NCBI GenBank assembly: GCA_040285745.1
Contig: JAUFOR010000002.1
Span: 1-64,000 of the forward strand
DNA length: 64,000 nt
Direction: 5' to 3'
Origin: Barthelona sp. PCE
Lineage: Eukaryota
A program made the translations under genes and the position numbers. Under the pieces are notes generated by a model. The model worked only from the letters and a program-made list of their open reading frames with translations. It did not search any database and was not told where the DNA came from. Of the stretch, positions 21,928 to 33,131 are shown one piece after another (within the stretch, counting starts at the first letter, position 1; each line of letters begins with the position of its first letter).

Positions 21928-23160
21928 CTAAAACTCAACAAGATCAGCCAGTGCCATGCCCACAGATGTTCCAAGACGCTGATACGTTGCGGGAGTGTAC
22001 GGTTCGATACGGTTGGCCTCCCTCATACCAAAGAAGCTGACCTCCAACGTGTAGCAGTTGGACTGGAGCTCCTGGCCCATTACATATCGCCCCGTGCCCA
22101 TTTTGTTGGCATCGTTGACATATTTGCTGTTTGCGCTCGAGAAATCAAGCGCATACCGTGACAGAAGGCGGGGAAACATGAGAGCGTACTCCGATGGTCG
22201 GGATCCCGTGCTGTTTCCGTAGACGAATGAGTTGAACACGGTGGAGTGCGCATGTATATCCACAAAAAGACGCAGACTCAACCCTGGATCGTTGTCCAAT
22301 TCAAGAAGGAATTTCTTCATGGCACTGATTGTGGGGCACAGCGTCTCTGATGCGTCGTTCCAGCACCTGTTCAGATCTTGGCCATAGCTGTCGCTGCGGT
22401 AGTTGCCCAGAAAAACGCCGTCGGGGTTGAGCATCGGCACGAGGAAAACAATAGAGTTATTGCGAATGTACTGGGCCCTTGGGTGGTTTGAAAGTAGAAA
22501 CTTAAGCAGTCCGTGCATGATGAAACTTGACGGTGTCTCTCCTGGGTGGACACGTGCTGAAAAAACAAAAACGGGAGGCTGGAAGGCTTTGCAAAAATTA
22601 TCAATTCGGATAAGATCAACACGCCTGTTAAAGACTGTGCGACATAGCAACGTGCGTGTGACAAACGGGTAGTCCTGTTGTTCAATGTGAAAAAGAGATC
22701 TTTGGAGCTGTGTGTAGGAAAAAGGGAAAGTGTATGCGAAGAAATAGGAGTCCGCTGGATCTGCGAATTTAAAGAGAAATGACATTGTGTTTTCGTCATT
22801 ATAATGATAATAGAATACATAAGGGGCTGGCAATCGACGCCATTCAAGATAAGTACTTGACCGCACTACTGGAGACATGCCATGTCGATAGAGACTACGT
22901 GTCTTACAGAATCCCTTAACATGAAAGAGAACAGTCTGATTGCGTTCGGCACCGAAAACCTGGAAATAAAACCATAGTTTCTGCCGTCTGTTGCCCGTGT
23001 CCGGCCGTATGGTTAACGAATACTCGTTGTTGTTCACACGAGTGACGGTATCTAGATTACCAGAGTCGAAATGGCAACTGAAATTTAGTGGAGGACTCAA
23101 AGAGATGAAACCTGGAGCATTCTTTACGTCTGTGCAGACTACCTCTCGTTTACGTCGCAT
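21928..23160 (-). CDS. Cytosolic carboxypeptidase (tubulin deglutamylase, CCP/AGBL, CCP6-like)
   Basis: FDSGNL, WFYF, ARVHPGE, NPDGV, DLNR, DIHAH, YTLE. Confidence 0.92.
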   Translation of the reverse strand: MRRKREVVCTDVKNAPGFISLSPPLNFSCHFDSGNLDTVTRVNNNEYSLTIRPDTGNRRQKLWFYFQVFGAERNQTVLFHVKGFCKTRSLYRHGMSPVVRSSTYLEWRRLPAPYVFYYHYNDENTMSFLFKFADPADSYFFAYTFPFSYTQLQRSLFHIEQQDYPFVTRTLLCRTVFNRRVDLIRIDNFCKAFQPPVFVFSARVHPGETPSSFIMHGLLKFLLSNHPRAQYIRNNSIVFLVPMLNPDGVFLGNYRSDSYGQDLNRCWNDASETLCPTISAMKKFLLELDNDPGLSLRLFVDIHAHSTVFNSFVYGNSTGSRPSEYALMFPRLLSRYALDFSSANSKYVNDANKMGTGRYVMGQELQSNCYTLEVSFFGMREANRIEPYTPATYQRLGTSVGMALADLVEF

Positions 23161-23259
23161 TCAGTCGATGAGTGAAGCGCAAATAAGGTAATATGTTTGT
23201 TTACATGTTGACTGTTTCTCTTCCTTTTTCATTTTATTTTCACACTCGAAACACACACA

Positions 23260-24540
23260 ATGGGGATATCAGAATTCAACCGTGCATGCGATGCATTTAT
23301 TGATGGTGATCTTAATGAGATGGTCACACTTTTGGACTGCCTTCGGGATATGAGTATATATGAGGAGGTTTACACACGCCTACCCCTTGTTTTGGAGCGT
23401 GGGCTGCGTGATTTCTTTGATGAACTTGAACCTGTGATGTTAACACAACGCGAGGCCATTACAAGTGAGGTTCTAGGTCATATTGTTGATGGTTTCCATG
23501 ACATCATGGTCATATTATCAGAGGTTTTCGTTACAACTGAGGATGTTCCGGTTGCAGTGAATGTTTTTGTTTGTTTTCATGCTTGTATCAATCTTTATTC
23601 CAAGATAGCAGGCTCATCTGTTTTCCCATTCAAGTATTTCCGTGCTTTCTTTGGTAATTTTGTCGTACTAGATCCATATGATGAGAGTTGTCAAATCCAG
23701 TACCAACAACTAAAAGGTATTGCCAAGATCAACGGTGATGTTGCGTACTATCTTGTTGAGCTCATTAATGAGATGCCAGACCTCCGCGTGCTCATCCCAG
23801 TACTTCCAAACGATATTGATGATGCGGGTCGCCTTGTTGAGGTGAGGAGTGTTCCCAGCTACACAAAATACGCAAGTGCATTTGTCAGATGTGTCGTTCA
23901 GTTCCTTGGAGACCCTCCAAAATGGCTGCTGGACGATCTGGAGCAGAGGGTATCGACCTTGAGGAATGCTGAAATCATTTACCCAGCCCTTCTTGACTTG
24001 TTTAAGCGCAGCGAAGACTTTGAGCTCCTACCTCTCCTGCTTCTGTTCATCTTGGGCCACAATCTTGACGTTGAGAGCCTATTTGACATTCTTCTGCATC
24101 GGCTCACCCCTCCACTTGAATACGTTTTACCAGAGGCACTCTTCATTGTCCTCAAGTCAGAAACGCTGTCTGTGGCGCAGGTAAGCGACTTTGTTACTAA
24201 CCTGTTTGAGCTGTGCCTCGAGGCAGAACCTCACGTTGTGCTGCGGGTTCTAACATTTTTCAACTCCATTTTACTTAAACACGAACGTCTTGTAACGCTG
24301 ATTAACCAAAAACGTGAATCAAAGGACGAGCCAGACCATACGCTACAGCAGTTACCAGCATTTCTCAGACATCCGCTGTGGCTCGTGCGACACGTCGCAG
24401 GTCGGTTCAAGGACTACATTGAGCACAGACCGGAGTTGATCTTAACTGCAAAAGAAATGGTCGAGGTTGAGGCTAAGAAAAAAGCTGTGCCTGATATCAA
24501 GTACACAAATGCAATGCCAGATATTTTCGCTTGGGAATAG
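23260..24540 (+). CDS. NOC4: Nucleolar complex protein 4 (CBF/Mak21 family)
   Basis: LKSETLSVAQVSDFVTNLFELCLEAEP..ILLKH and LQQLPAFLRHPLWLV align with the Noc4 CBF domain pattern. Confidence 0.65.
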   Translation: MGISEFNRACDAFIDGDLNEMVTLLDCLRDMSIYEEVYTRLPLVLERGLRDFFDELEPVMLTQREAITSEVLGHIVDGFHDIMVILSEVFVTTEDVPVAVNVFVCFHACINLYSKIAGSSVFPFKYFRAFFGNFVVLDPYDESCQIQYQQLKGIAKINGDVAYYLVELINEMPDLRVLIPVLPNDIDDAGRLVEVRSVPSYTKYASAFVRCVVQFLGDPPKWLLDDLEQRVSTLRNAEIIYPALLDLFKRSEDFELLPLLLLFILGHNLDVESLFDILLHRLTPPLEYVLPEALFIVLKSETLSVAQVSDFVTNLFELCLEAEPHVVLRVLTFFNSILLKHERLVTLINQKRESKDEPDHTLQQLPAFLRHPLWLVRHVAGRFKDYIEHRPELILTAKEMVEVEAKKKAVPDIKYTNAMPDIFAWE

Positions 24541-24552
24541 AAAGTAAATTAC

Positions 24553-25908
24553 CTAACGTCTACGCTTCTTCTTCTTTTTTTTCCCACCTTCCTCAACATG
24601 AAGTGCATGTCCTAATTCACGTACATGTTCAAACAGTGCATTACGTGTTGTAAACACTTCGCCACAAACATTACATGCGAAGGAGCCAGCACCGGCGGCC
24701 TTCTTTGCCTTTCTCTTCTCCTTTCTCTTCTGTCTCTTCTCATTACGGCGTTGCTGCTGCTGTTCCTCATCATCACTGTCAATCATTGGGTTTCCTAAAG
24801 CGTCCAGTTTCACATTCTTTTCGGTCTTGGTCCTGCGGGGCTCTTCCTCAGCAGAACGCTTCTTTGCCTTACGCGCCTTTTTGTTTTTTTTTTGAGTACG
24901 CTGCTCCACCATGCGTAGATGTTGTCCACTTTGCATATGAGCTTCGTAGTGTACTTCATCAGTGAAGCGCACATTACAAACGAGACAGTTGAAGCTCTTG
25001 TTACCACCATTTTTCTTTCCTTTCTTATTCTTCTTGTTGCGCTTTTCTGTGGGGTTGAAGAGCTCCTCAGCCTTTGTCAGGTATTCATCCATTCCATTGC
25101 TAATGCCCTGGCGCTCCCTTTCGGTCTCAATTCGCGCCTGCTGCTCCTCCCACTTCTTCTGTTCAAGCGCTTGTTCAATGAGTCTCTCCTCAGCTTGCTG
25201 CTGCATCCGTATCTCCCTTTGCATCTCATCCGTCTGCCTGCGCTCCTCTTCTGCAGCAACAAGATCGTGCCAACGCGGGTCTCTGCGCTGAACAAACAAG
25301 ATGAGCTCGCGAACCAACTGGTTAAACTTCTTTCGCTCTTCTTTCCTTGCTTTGTTGTTCTCTTTCTCGATCCAGCGGCGCTCATAGCGGTTGTTGCCAT
25401 CGCGAGTGTCCCAGACATCGACCCACGAGAACGTTTGGCTTGAACTGAACTGACCCCAACGTGTGTAGAAGGTTTTGACATTTGAGAGATTACTGCCTGC
25501 TCTTCCAAAGGCAGGCAGATCACTGCCCTCCTCGCGGTTGATCGTATTAAAGACAAAATTGTAAACACCAAAGAAACCCTCCTCATCATCTTCAAAACCT
25601 TTATAACAAGCACTGGTGAAATACTTGTTGAGGTTAAGGCTTGAAGCCTCATGATTCGCGTTAGGGTTCAGAATCTCCTCCTTGTGCTGATCATACCAAG
25701 CCCGTTCATGAGGATCTGAAAGAATTTCATACGCATTTTGCATTGCTGCATACATCTCCTGGGCAACTTCCTTATTATCCCGGTTTCGATCCGGATGGAG
25801 CTCCATGCACAGTCTTCTATATGCCTTCTTCAATGCTTTCGCATCACAGTTCTCTAACACCCCCATTATTTCATAGTAGCATCTTTTGCGCTCATTGGTC
25901 CCGGACAT
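24553..25908 (-). CDS. DNAJC21: DnaJ homolog C21/Jjj1 (J domain + two C2H2 fingers)
   Basis: HPD J-domain, ERAWYD, KENNKAR, FVQRRDPR, two CxxC..H..H fingers; start MSGTNERKR. Confidence 0.92.
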   Translation of the reverse strand: MSGTNERKRCYYEIMGVLENCDAKALKKAYRRLCMELHPDRNRDNKEVAQEMYAAMQNAYEILSDPHERAWYDQHKEEILNPNANHEASSLNLNKYFTSACYKGFEDDEEGFFGVYNFVFNTINREEGSDLPAFGRAGSNLSNVKTFYTRWGQFSSSQTFSWVDVWDTRDGNNRYERRWIEKENNKARKEERKKFNQLVRELILFVQRRDPRWHDLVAAEEERRQTDEMQREIRMQQQAEERLIEQALEQKKWEEQQARIETERERQGISNGMDEYLTKAEELFNPTEKRNKKNKKGKKNGGNKSFNCLVCNVRFTDEVHYEAHMQSGQHLRMVEQRTQKKNKKARKAKKRSAEEEPRRTKTEKNVKLDALGNPMIDSDDEEQQQQRRNEKRQKRKEKRKAKKAAGAGSFACNVCGEVFTTRNALFEHVRELGHALHVEEGGKKKKKKRRR

Positions 25909-26034
25909 TTCTGCTTTTAAGTCTCTATGTGACCACTGAAAAGGAATGAATAATAAATTGTGAATTCGCAAATCCAGAAAAGTTATTTTTCACTCCTTTC
26001 TAACACTGAACTTTATGTGTACCCCACTATAACT

Positions 26035-27501
26035 ATGACATTAACAGCAGAAGAGCACTCTCAGACAACTACATTAACCGCTGAGGTACAATCACAGAAT
26101 TTCAAGGCACAAGGAAACCAGTATTTTAAGGCTGGTCAGCTTGACGAGGCTATTAGTGCCTATACTCAAGGAATTGGTCTTTTTGAGACAGCCATTCTTT
26201 ATGCAAACAGAGCCGCCGTTCACCTCAAAAAAGGCTCATTCCGTCTGGCATTCCTTGACGCTGAAAAAGCCATTCTTTTTGACCCCGAATATACCAAGGC
26301 ATTTTACAGACGTGGATGTGCTTATTTGGGCATGCTCGAATTCGAGAATGGTCTTAAGGATTTTAAGATGGTCGTAGCAAGTCATCCAAGCGATCCCTTT
26401 GCTCGAAAGAAGCTCACTCAATGTCGTTCTTTACTCAAGAAGCTACGTATGCGTGAAATGCTCGTACACGATAGTAACCCTTTCCTTGAGAAAGAGGCAT
26501 TCTTTACAGAAAGTATTCCGAAGGGTTACGACCGCTACGTGCTCCCCACAATCACAGAGATCCCTAACATGACATGGGAGGACGTGATGGAGATGGTTGA
26601 CGCGTTTGAGAATCCTTCTAATAAGCTGCACTGGTCCCAGCTCAGACCCCTTCTCCGTGCGTGTTATAACATCTTAAAGGAGGAGAACACCGTTGTTAGG
26701 GTTAGCTGCGACGAGGCTGTTGTTTTTGGCGACACACACGGACAATTTTTTGACCTTGCTGCTGTTCTCAGACGCGGTGAAGAGTGTACTCCAGAGCGTC
26801 CCTTCATCTTCCTGGGCGACTATGTCGACCGTGGAGACCACAGCACAGAAATTCTGGCAGTTCTTATGGTTTTGAAGGTGCGCAATCCCAGTTCCATTAT
26901 TATTCTCAGAGGAAACCACGAATCTTCACAACTCTCTTCCATGTTTGGGTTCCAGGGAGAAGTGGAGGCTAAATACAGCGATAGCCTCATCCCTCTGTTC
27001 ACACACCTTTTCTTTGCCATGCCACTGTGTGCCGTAGTTAACGACACATATTTCTGCGTTCACGGTGGGTTGCCTGTTACCACGACTGATATGTCGGATC
27101 TCGAATCCATTGATAGATTCCATGAGGTCCCTTCTGACGGACCCTTTGCACAGCTCATGTGGGCAGACCCTTCTAAGACCGTTGAGCGTGGCCCCAGTGA
27201 GCGTGGCCCAGGCTTTAGTGTGTTTGGCAAGGGTATTATTGATAGTTTCTTAGCAGATAACGATTTGGAATATGTCATCCGTGCTCATCAAGTCTTCCAG
27301 GAGGGCCACGAGTGGTTCCACGATAAGCTCTTGAGTATATTCAGTGCTCCAAATTATATGGGATCGCAAAACAACGCAGCTTGTGTTGCAATAGTTTCTA
27401 AGGGGCGTCCAGTCATTGAAACCTTTTCTTCCATTAACCATCCTAAGTCATCGCATCTCTCATACGTTAATAACTTCTCGCAGGGCTTTATGGGTCGTTA
27501 A
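26035..27501 (+). CDS. PPP5C: Ser/Thr protein phosphatase 5 (TPR + PPP)
   Basis: Three TPRs, GDTHGQ, GDYVDRG, RGNHE, SAPNY. Confidence 0.93.
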   Translation: MTLTAEEHSQTTTLTAEVQSQNFKAQGNQYFKAGQLDEAISAYTQGIGLFETAILYANRAAVHLKKGSFRLAFLDAEKAILFDPEYTKAFYRRGCAYLGMLEFENGLKDFKMVVASHPSDPFARKKLTQCRSLLKKLRMREMLVHDSNPFLEKEAFFTESIPKGYDRYVLPTITEIPNMTWEDVMEMVDAFENPSNKLHWSQLRPLLRACYNILKEENTVVRVSCDEAVVFGDTHGQFFDLAAVLRRGEECTPERPFIFLGDYVDRGDHSTEILAVLMVLKVRNPSSIIILRGNHESSQLSSMFGFQGEVEAKYSDSLIPLFTHLFFAMPLCAVVNDTYFCVHGGLPVTTTDMSDLESIDRFHEVPSDGPFAQLMWADPSKTVERGPSERGPGFSVFGKGIIDSFLADNDLEYVIRAHQVFQEGHEWFHDKLLSIFSAPNYMGSQNNAACVAIVSKGRPVIETFSSINHPKSSHLSYVNNFSQGFMGR

Positions 27502-27642
27502 TATTCAATAAATTACTCAGGCTTTTTGCTTTTTCTTATACATTCATTTAGTGCTAATAAAATACTTTGTATAGCATTAAAAGTGGTATTCAAGGTAAGA
27601 TAAAATGATTTTTCGTTAAAAGAGTGTTGCTTTATTGTTTTA

Positions 27643-30600
27643 ATGGGTTTTCAAACGTTTTTGTTTCATTTTCTTTTTTTAGGGGCATTTGTTCAAGTTT
27701 TAGGAGCTCATTATCAGGAAAATTTTGTGTTCCAAGCAGAACCTGACAGTAATTTGGTAATCGTCATCAAAGTGGGTGAGAACAATGTGTTCAATTTGAG
27801 GGATACAGATGTCATACTGATGTGGGAACATCCCACACCAGCTTCTTCCATCTATATAAATAATTGTACTGGTGTAACTTTTCATATTAATAACACATTT
27901 ATGGTTCATGATCTCGTAAATTTCATCATAGAAGGATCAGATATCTCGGTGATACCCATTGAATCGAGAACAGAGCTTTCTATTTCAACGATTCTGCTTG
28001 AGATCTTCCGTTCAACTGTTCGGCAACCATTAGGCGGAATCTTCAGCGGAACAAAAGCCACAGTGTGGGGGTCAACTTTTGACAGCTTATCCTTACATTA
28101 CACAAATATCGATATAGCCGATACTCACTTGACCAAGTTTCTCGACGTTAATTGCAGAGAGCATATAATGCTCTCCGGTGTGCAGTTCGCAGAAGGGATG
28201 ATGAAAGTATTCATTACAGCCAATACAACATCGCTTAACAGGATTGGGGGTTTGCAATTCATGAATATTAAATCAAACGCTGTTTCATTTAATTGTTCAT
28301 CCGGGAACACGCTCACATTGAGTCTTTGGAGGAAGGACAGCACTGTGCATATCCATAACGCAACATTCAAGAGTATCATATTCACACACGGAGAAGATGG
28401 GTCGTTAAGCGTTGATGCCTTGAGCTTTGCGCAAATTGATATTGCAACAATCACAATAGAGGATATGGATATTGCCAACATTAAGATTACTAATATTGAG
28501 GTGAAAGTGTGGAGATCTAGGCCTGGTTGGTCTTTTATACGTTCCCTGGTTAGCCGTGTTGAGCTGACTGACAGTACCTTTAACAATGCATTTATAGCCT
28601 GGTTTCTCGTCACACAGAGCGAAATACGAAAGTTTGTTGTATTGAATACCACATTTTCAAATGTTTACTGTGATTTCAACAATATTAGCTTCTCTCCAAT
28701 TGGAGTACAGCGATTATCTTTAGTCGATGTGCATTTCAGCAATGTAAGAAGCATCGAGCCGTTGATCAAGAGTAATAATGTCCAACAAGCAGCGTTTGAC
28801 TCGGTTACGTTTGATCGTTCAGATATCCCAATCATCGCAAACGATTTCAGTCTGAACTCGGTAGTATTCAACTATGTTTCGTTCGGTGTTTCAATGCATG
28901 TGTCGATAATGGAGAACGTGTCGCTGACGAATTGCCATTCAAAGAGTGGCCTTCCCCTATTCACGTTCAAGGTTTTATTTGTGATGGATGTGAACATATC
29001 TTCATCAGTGCTTGAGCGTGTACTGTTCATGAGCCTCGAATTGTCAACGCATCAAATAGTATTCAACAGGTTAAACATCTATAATAGCTCAGTTGACACA
29101 TTCTTGATGAAGACTACAGGCACAGCAGTTAACGGTATTGTGGTGCAGAACGTAAACGTGACGGACACCACAATGAGTAGTTTTATCGATTTCAGCGAGA
29201 GGAGCAAGGTTTCCTTTTTCCTGTTAGAGTCTGTTACCTTTGATTTTTTCCGCTGTGGCGGTGTTATTCTGTTTAAAGCCTCATCACACGAGTTTATGCA
29301 GCAGAAAATCAACATACTAGACGTGCGTGTACGATCGTCGGTTTTTTCATATTTCCTTTTTGATGGAGGGGAAACAAAAAAGATCAGCATGGAAAATAGC
29401 AACATTGAGCTCTATGAGAATAGTGTAGGTTTCATTCTTTCTTCGACATCTCGGTCATTTTTTTTAGTCAACTCTTCACAGGTGTATGTTCATCAAAGGT
29501 CGCTTTTTGCCGCGCACATCTCATTTACAGAAGCAATATTCCACCTGTACGACTCTGTCTTCACCGTTGGAGAGTTAGAAGATATCCCATACATTTTTTA
29601 TGTGTTTAATGGGGATTTCATTTCAGATGACAACGTTACCATCATAGGGGGTCGAAGCTTGGTCAATAAGGTAAGAATGAGGGACGGATACACAATTTCG
29701 CGTATTGGCATCAACCGCATCACAGAATCATCTGTTGAGCTCGTGATTTCCTCTCACAACTTAATGTCTCACATGATAATTTTCTTTACGAGCAGTCCCT
29801 TTAGATGGGGATTTGTACACCTTGATGGGAGTGTGGCCTTACCTATCGAGCAGACCCAGGTACTTCAGGAGGGGTTATCAGTTACAGCTTTTGATGTCGA
29901 CGGAACTCTGCTATTTGTCGGTAACCCGCGACCAGTCGCGTGCCGTGGAGGCTTTGGTTGGTCAAATACTACACAAGCGTGCATTCCATGTTCTACTGGT
30001 TACCAGCAAATGCGGGTAACGAACAAACCACAGTGCCACATTGACGAACAGCTTCTTGGATTGGATTATATGGAGATTGATGCAGTAAGCGGCGCGTCAT
30101 ATCGTGTGAAACCTGGCTACTTTGTTAAAGAAATCAACCAGACCAGCGTTGCTCTCATTGATTGCATGAGTGAGTTCTGTACAGGTGGACAGGTTATCCC
30201 CGGACTCAGTGGCAAGCTTTCAGGATACTTTTTTTGGAGCGCTGATGAGCAGGTTGCTGTTGATCTAGTCTACAAGCACAACAATATTTCATACTCTGAG
30301 TTTACAGGATGTGCTCGAGGACATGAGGGTGTTGCATGCACACAGTGTACTGACGAACTTGCAATCAATGGTGTTGAGTTTATAGGATATCGTGCCATTA
30401 ATGGATGTATACTTGTGAAAAAAAGTGTCCTATGGGTTGTAACTCCTGTTCTCTGGTTGCAGTGTATTATTTTGTACCTATCCGTGCGGAATTTCCACAA
30501 GCTGGGTATGATTCCATGGACAAAGCTGCTGGGTGAGGATTTTGAAAGTGTGACGGACTACGAGGTCTTCCGTGTCCTTTCAACGGTCAAGGACTTTCTC

Positions 30601-31632
30601 CTGGTGGTCTACCCACTTGTCTTTTCGTCCACAGACGATGCATATTATGATTCTAATGCTTTTTGGTGTGCATTACAGCTCTTCATAAGTCCACTGAAAA
30701 CTTTAGCTATAGCATTTCACAACGATATTTGGAATCTTTACTTGTACTATGCCGGTGTTACGCTCCTTTCTCTCATCTTTCCACGCAGACAGCTTGATTT
30801 CTGGCAGATAATTGTGATGTACTCAGTAGCAATGAGGGTTTGCAGAATATGGTATCTTGATTACATTTTTATTATTGTTCTGGTTCCAGTATTCTTTTTC
30901 ATTCTTTTGAGGAGAGTTATGTTCGGATTTTTCGCCCTCGTTCTGCTGTTCTACTATAAAACCAGTCAAGAAGCAGCACTTTGGGTTATTTTGTTGGTTT
31001 ATTTTTCGCTTTCAAAAAGAAAGAAAGGAATGAACGATAAAGCAGATGTGATTAAGTCGAGGAATAATCTTTTTTCTTCCGCTTTCCTTGTGCTTCCATT
31101 TGTAACAAATCTAGCCATCTCAGACCTACTTCCCATCTACGTAAAGGATGTGCACGGACTGTATCCCGGATCATGGCACACATTAGATAATTTCAGTGCA
31201 GAATACAGCATATTGCAGCTGTTCATGTTGGTCCCATTTATTGTCATCTATACAGTACTTTTTGTCCAGATAAAGAAGACTGATAAGGACAGCGATCGTG
31301 GCTATCGTGTACACCTGTATGGTATTTTGGTTGGGAGGACATTATACACGTTTCTATCTATCCTTTCTCACAGTCATTTGCCGAGCTACGTTTTCTTGCT
31401 CGTAATCATGGTTTACATCATGTTTTCAGAGCCGTTCAATAATCTAAACAGTGGTATTTTGCGAATTCAAACCGTTTTATTCATGTTATGCTTTTTGGTT
31501 GATTCGATCAGCAAAGATTCTGTCGTTATGATTCTTTCCACGTGCGTCCCAGCTGTAACAGTGCTCATTCTCTCATTTGTTACGACCAAAAGGCACACCG
31601 TTCCCCAATCTTTGTATTTTGAAGTCTTGTAA
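27643..31632 (+). CDS. Large surface membrane protein: signal peptide, beta-helix-like ectodomain, Cys-rich stalk, multi-TM C-terminus
   Basis: Hydrophobic N-terminus; N/S/T/F-rich repeats; CxxC..C..GHEGVACTQC; many hydrophobic segments in the last ~400 aa. Confidence 0.8.
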   Translation: MGFQTFLFHFLFLGAFVQVLGAHYQENFVFQAEPDSNLVIVIKVGENNVFNLRDTDVILMWEHPTPASSIYINNCTGVTFHINNTFMVHDLVNFIIEGSDISVIPIESRTELSISTILLEIFRSTVRQPLGGIFSGTKATVWGSTFDSLSLHYTNIDIADTHLTKFLDVNCREHIMLSGVQFAEGMMKVFITANTTSLNRIGGLQFMNIKSNAVSFNCSSGNTLTLSLWRKDSTVHIHNATFKSIIFTHGEDGSLSVDALSFAQIDIATITIEDMDIANIKITNIEVKVWRSRPGWSFIRSLVSRVELTDSTFNNAFIAWFLVTQSEIRKFVVLNTTFSNVYCDFNNISFSPIGVQRLSLVDVHFSNVRSIEPLIKSNNVQQAAFDSVTFDRSDIPIIANDFSLNSVVFNYVSFGVSMHVSIMENVSLTNCHSKSGLPLFTFKVLFVMDVNISSSVLERVLFMSLELSTHQIVFNRLNIYNSSVDTFLMKTTGTAVNGIVVQNVNVTDTTMSSFIDFSERSKVSFFLLESVTFDFFRCGGVILFKASSHEFMQQKINILDVRVRSSVFSYFLFDGGETKKISMENSNIELYENSVGFILSSTSRSFFLVNSSQVYVHQRSLFAAHISFTEAIFHLYDSVFTVGELEDIPYIFYVFNGDFISDDNVTIIGGRSLVNKVRMRDGYTISRIGINRITESSVELVISSHNLMSHMIIFFTSSPFRWGFVHLDGSVALPIEQTQVLQEGLSVTAFDVDGTLLFVGNPRPVACRGGFGWSNTTQACIPCSTGYQQMRVTNKPQCHIDEQLLGLDYMEIDAVSGASYRVKPGYFVKEINQTSVALIDCMSEFCTGGQVIPGLSGKLSGYFFWSADEQVAVDLVYKHNNISYSEFTGCARGHEGVACTQCTDELAINGVEFIGYRAINGCILVKKSVLWVVTPVLWLQCIILYLSVRNFHKLGMIPWTKLLGEDFESVTDYEVFRVLSTVKDFLLVVYPLVFSSTDDAYYDSNAFWCALQLFISPLKTLAIAFHNDIWNLYLYYAGVTLLSLIFPRRQLDFWQIIVMYSVAMRVCRIWYLDYIFIIVLVPVFFFILLRRVMFGFFALVLLFYYKTSQEAALWVILLVYFSLSKRKKGMNDKADVIKSRNNLFSSAFLVLPFVTNLAISDLLPIYVKDVHGLYPGSWHTLDNFSAEYSILQLFMLVPFIVIYTVLFVQIKKTDKDSDRGYRVHLYGILVGRTLYTFLSILSHSHLPSYVFLLVIMVYIMFSEPFNNLNSGILRIQTVLFMLCFLVDSISKDSVVMILSTCVPAVTVLILSFVTTKRHTVPQSLYFEVL

Positions 31633-31660
31633 ATATAGTTTTTTTGATTTTTTAGATTTT

Positions 31661-33088
31661 TTACTCAAAGAACACATGTAGGTAACCGCGCAACTTGTCG
31701 GAACTCTCGATTGCGTACTCTAGCAATCTCTCTTCATGTGTCTGAGGCTTGATCGACATAATTCCACGTTCAAGCCACCCCACAATTGAAGCATGATCAA
31801 AGCGAGCTGTCGGAAAAATGGAGAGATATGCGCTTGCGGCAGCCTCCCTGTCAGGTTGCACAAGATCAACAAGCAACTGGAAATGATCAAACACAGAGTT
31901 GATCGGTCTAATCATCTGCTCCCTCTGTCTAAGTAAGCTGCTGGCGAACTGGATACACTGAAGACCAGACCAGTAGCACTTGTCGTTAAGCATGGCCAAG
32001 AATCGCGTATCCATTATGTCCAGCTTCATCCTGCCAATCATTGCAGTTGCATCACGGTAACAGTCATTTGTCAGAAATTTACGTATGATGTCAACGCCGA
32101 CAGTATACATATCGAGGTTTTCGGGCTTTGGGTTATCCACATCCAGTACCATGAACTGCTGCCTCATCTCATGGGGTAGTAGATTTACCAGCCGAGCCAA
32201 TCTGCGAGGCGCTATCACCTTCTCAGCTTGCATGCACTCCAGGAGTGCATCAGTGGCTGCCATTCCGCGAGCAGCTGCCCAGTATGCTATCTCTGTCGCC
32301 ACAGCTGGGCCAGTCTCATTGGAAGGGATAGGAACGCTTAGTGGATTAGGGGAGACTTTTACGATGTGTAAATGCTCAGAAAGGGTCTTGGGTTCACCAA
32401 AGTAGCGAGAAAAGATCTCAGCATCAGTTATGTCATCCTTAAACATATGGAAAAGAGTGCTACGCAGGTGTATTTCAATCTCTGAAGTGTCAATCTTGAG
32501 ACTCTTGATTGCTGAAACGTTCCCTTCAAACATACACAGCATAAGCATTTCCTCGTCTGTCAGATCACCAGTGAAGTACTTTGAAACGAAGCGCTTCAGC
32601 ATCCGTTCACTTGTGTAGAATAGTGCATACATTTGTAATACAAGTGCGGTCTTATGCAGCTCATCAGTCTTATCAGCATGGGCACGGAAAAACTTCATGG
32701 TGAGTTTTGATGCAGCTTTCGTTTCATTAGCGATTATGAGGTAAAAAACTACTGTAGTCAGTTGCTCTACATCATCGATAGGGAACGTCTGTCCCAGTTG
32801 TTCTGCAAGCTTAGATACGTGTCCCTTCAGCCCGTGAGCAATCAAAACCCTCAGAGCATCAGAATGGTACTGCGGATCATTAGTCTCAGCAAGTAAACGT
32901 CCCACTTCCTCTGCTTCGCTGCAGTTTTTGATCCTCCGCAGGCAAATAGCCTTGTATCTGACAAAAAAAGGATCATTATTGGTTATTGTGCATAATTGTC
33001 CGGCTGTTTGCAGAGCTTTCTTGAATTGCCCATCGTAAAATGACTTCCTAAACTTCTCTGAAAGCTTGTCTACCTGTTTCCGACTCAT
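31661..33088 (-). CDS. TPR-like protein, possibly NatB auxiliary subunit (NAA25/MDM20-like), shortened
   Basis: N-terminus FYDGQFKKALQTAGQL..YKAICLRR..EA resembles the NAA25 N-terminal TPR. Confidence 0.45.
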   Translation of the reverse strand: MSRKQVDKLSEKFRKSFYDGQFKKALQTAGQLCTITNNDPFFVRYKAICLRRIKNCSEAEEVGRLLAETNDPQYHSDALRVLIAHGLKGHVSKLAEQLGQTFPIDDVEQLTTVVFYLIIANETKAASKLTMKFFRAHADKTDELHKTALVLQMYALFYTSERMLKRFVSKYFTGDLTDEEMLMLCMFEGNVSAIKSLKIDTSEIEIHLRSTLFHMFKDDITDAEIFSRYFGEPKTLSEHLHIVKVSPNPLSVPIPSNETGPAVATEIAYWAAARGMAATDALLECMQAEKVIAPRRLARLVNLLPHEMRQQFMVLDVDNPKPENLDMYTVGVDIIRKFLTNDCYRDATAMIGRMKLDIMDTRFLAMLNDKCYWSGLQCIQFASSLLRQREQMIRPINSVFDHFQLLVDLVQPDREAAASAYLSIFPTARFDHASIVGWLERGIMSIKPQTHEERLLEYAIESSDKLRGYLHVFFE

Positions 33089-33131
33089 TTACTAGATCGC
33101 AAAAGGAGAAAAGGGATGAAAAAAATTTACA

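Noticed and set aside
26035-26100. TLTAE duplication at the PP5 N-terminus
   Set aside because: Short diverged 33-nt duplication; no evident significance.
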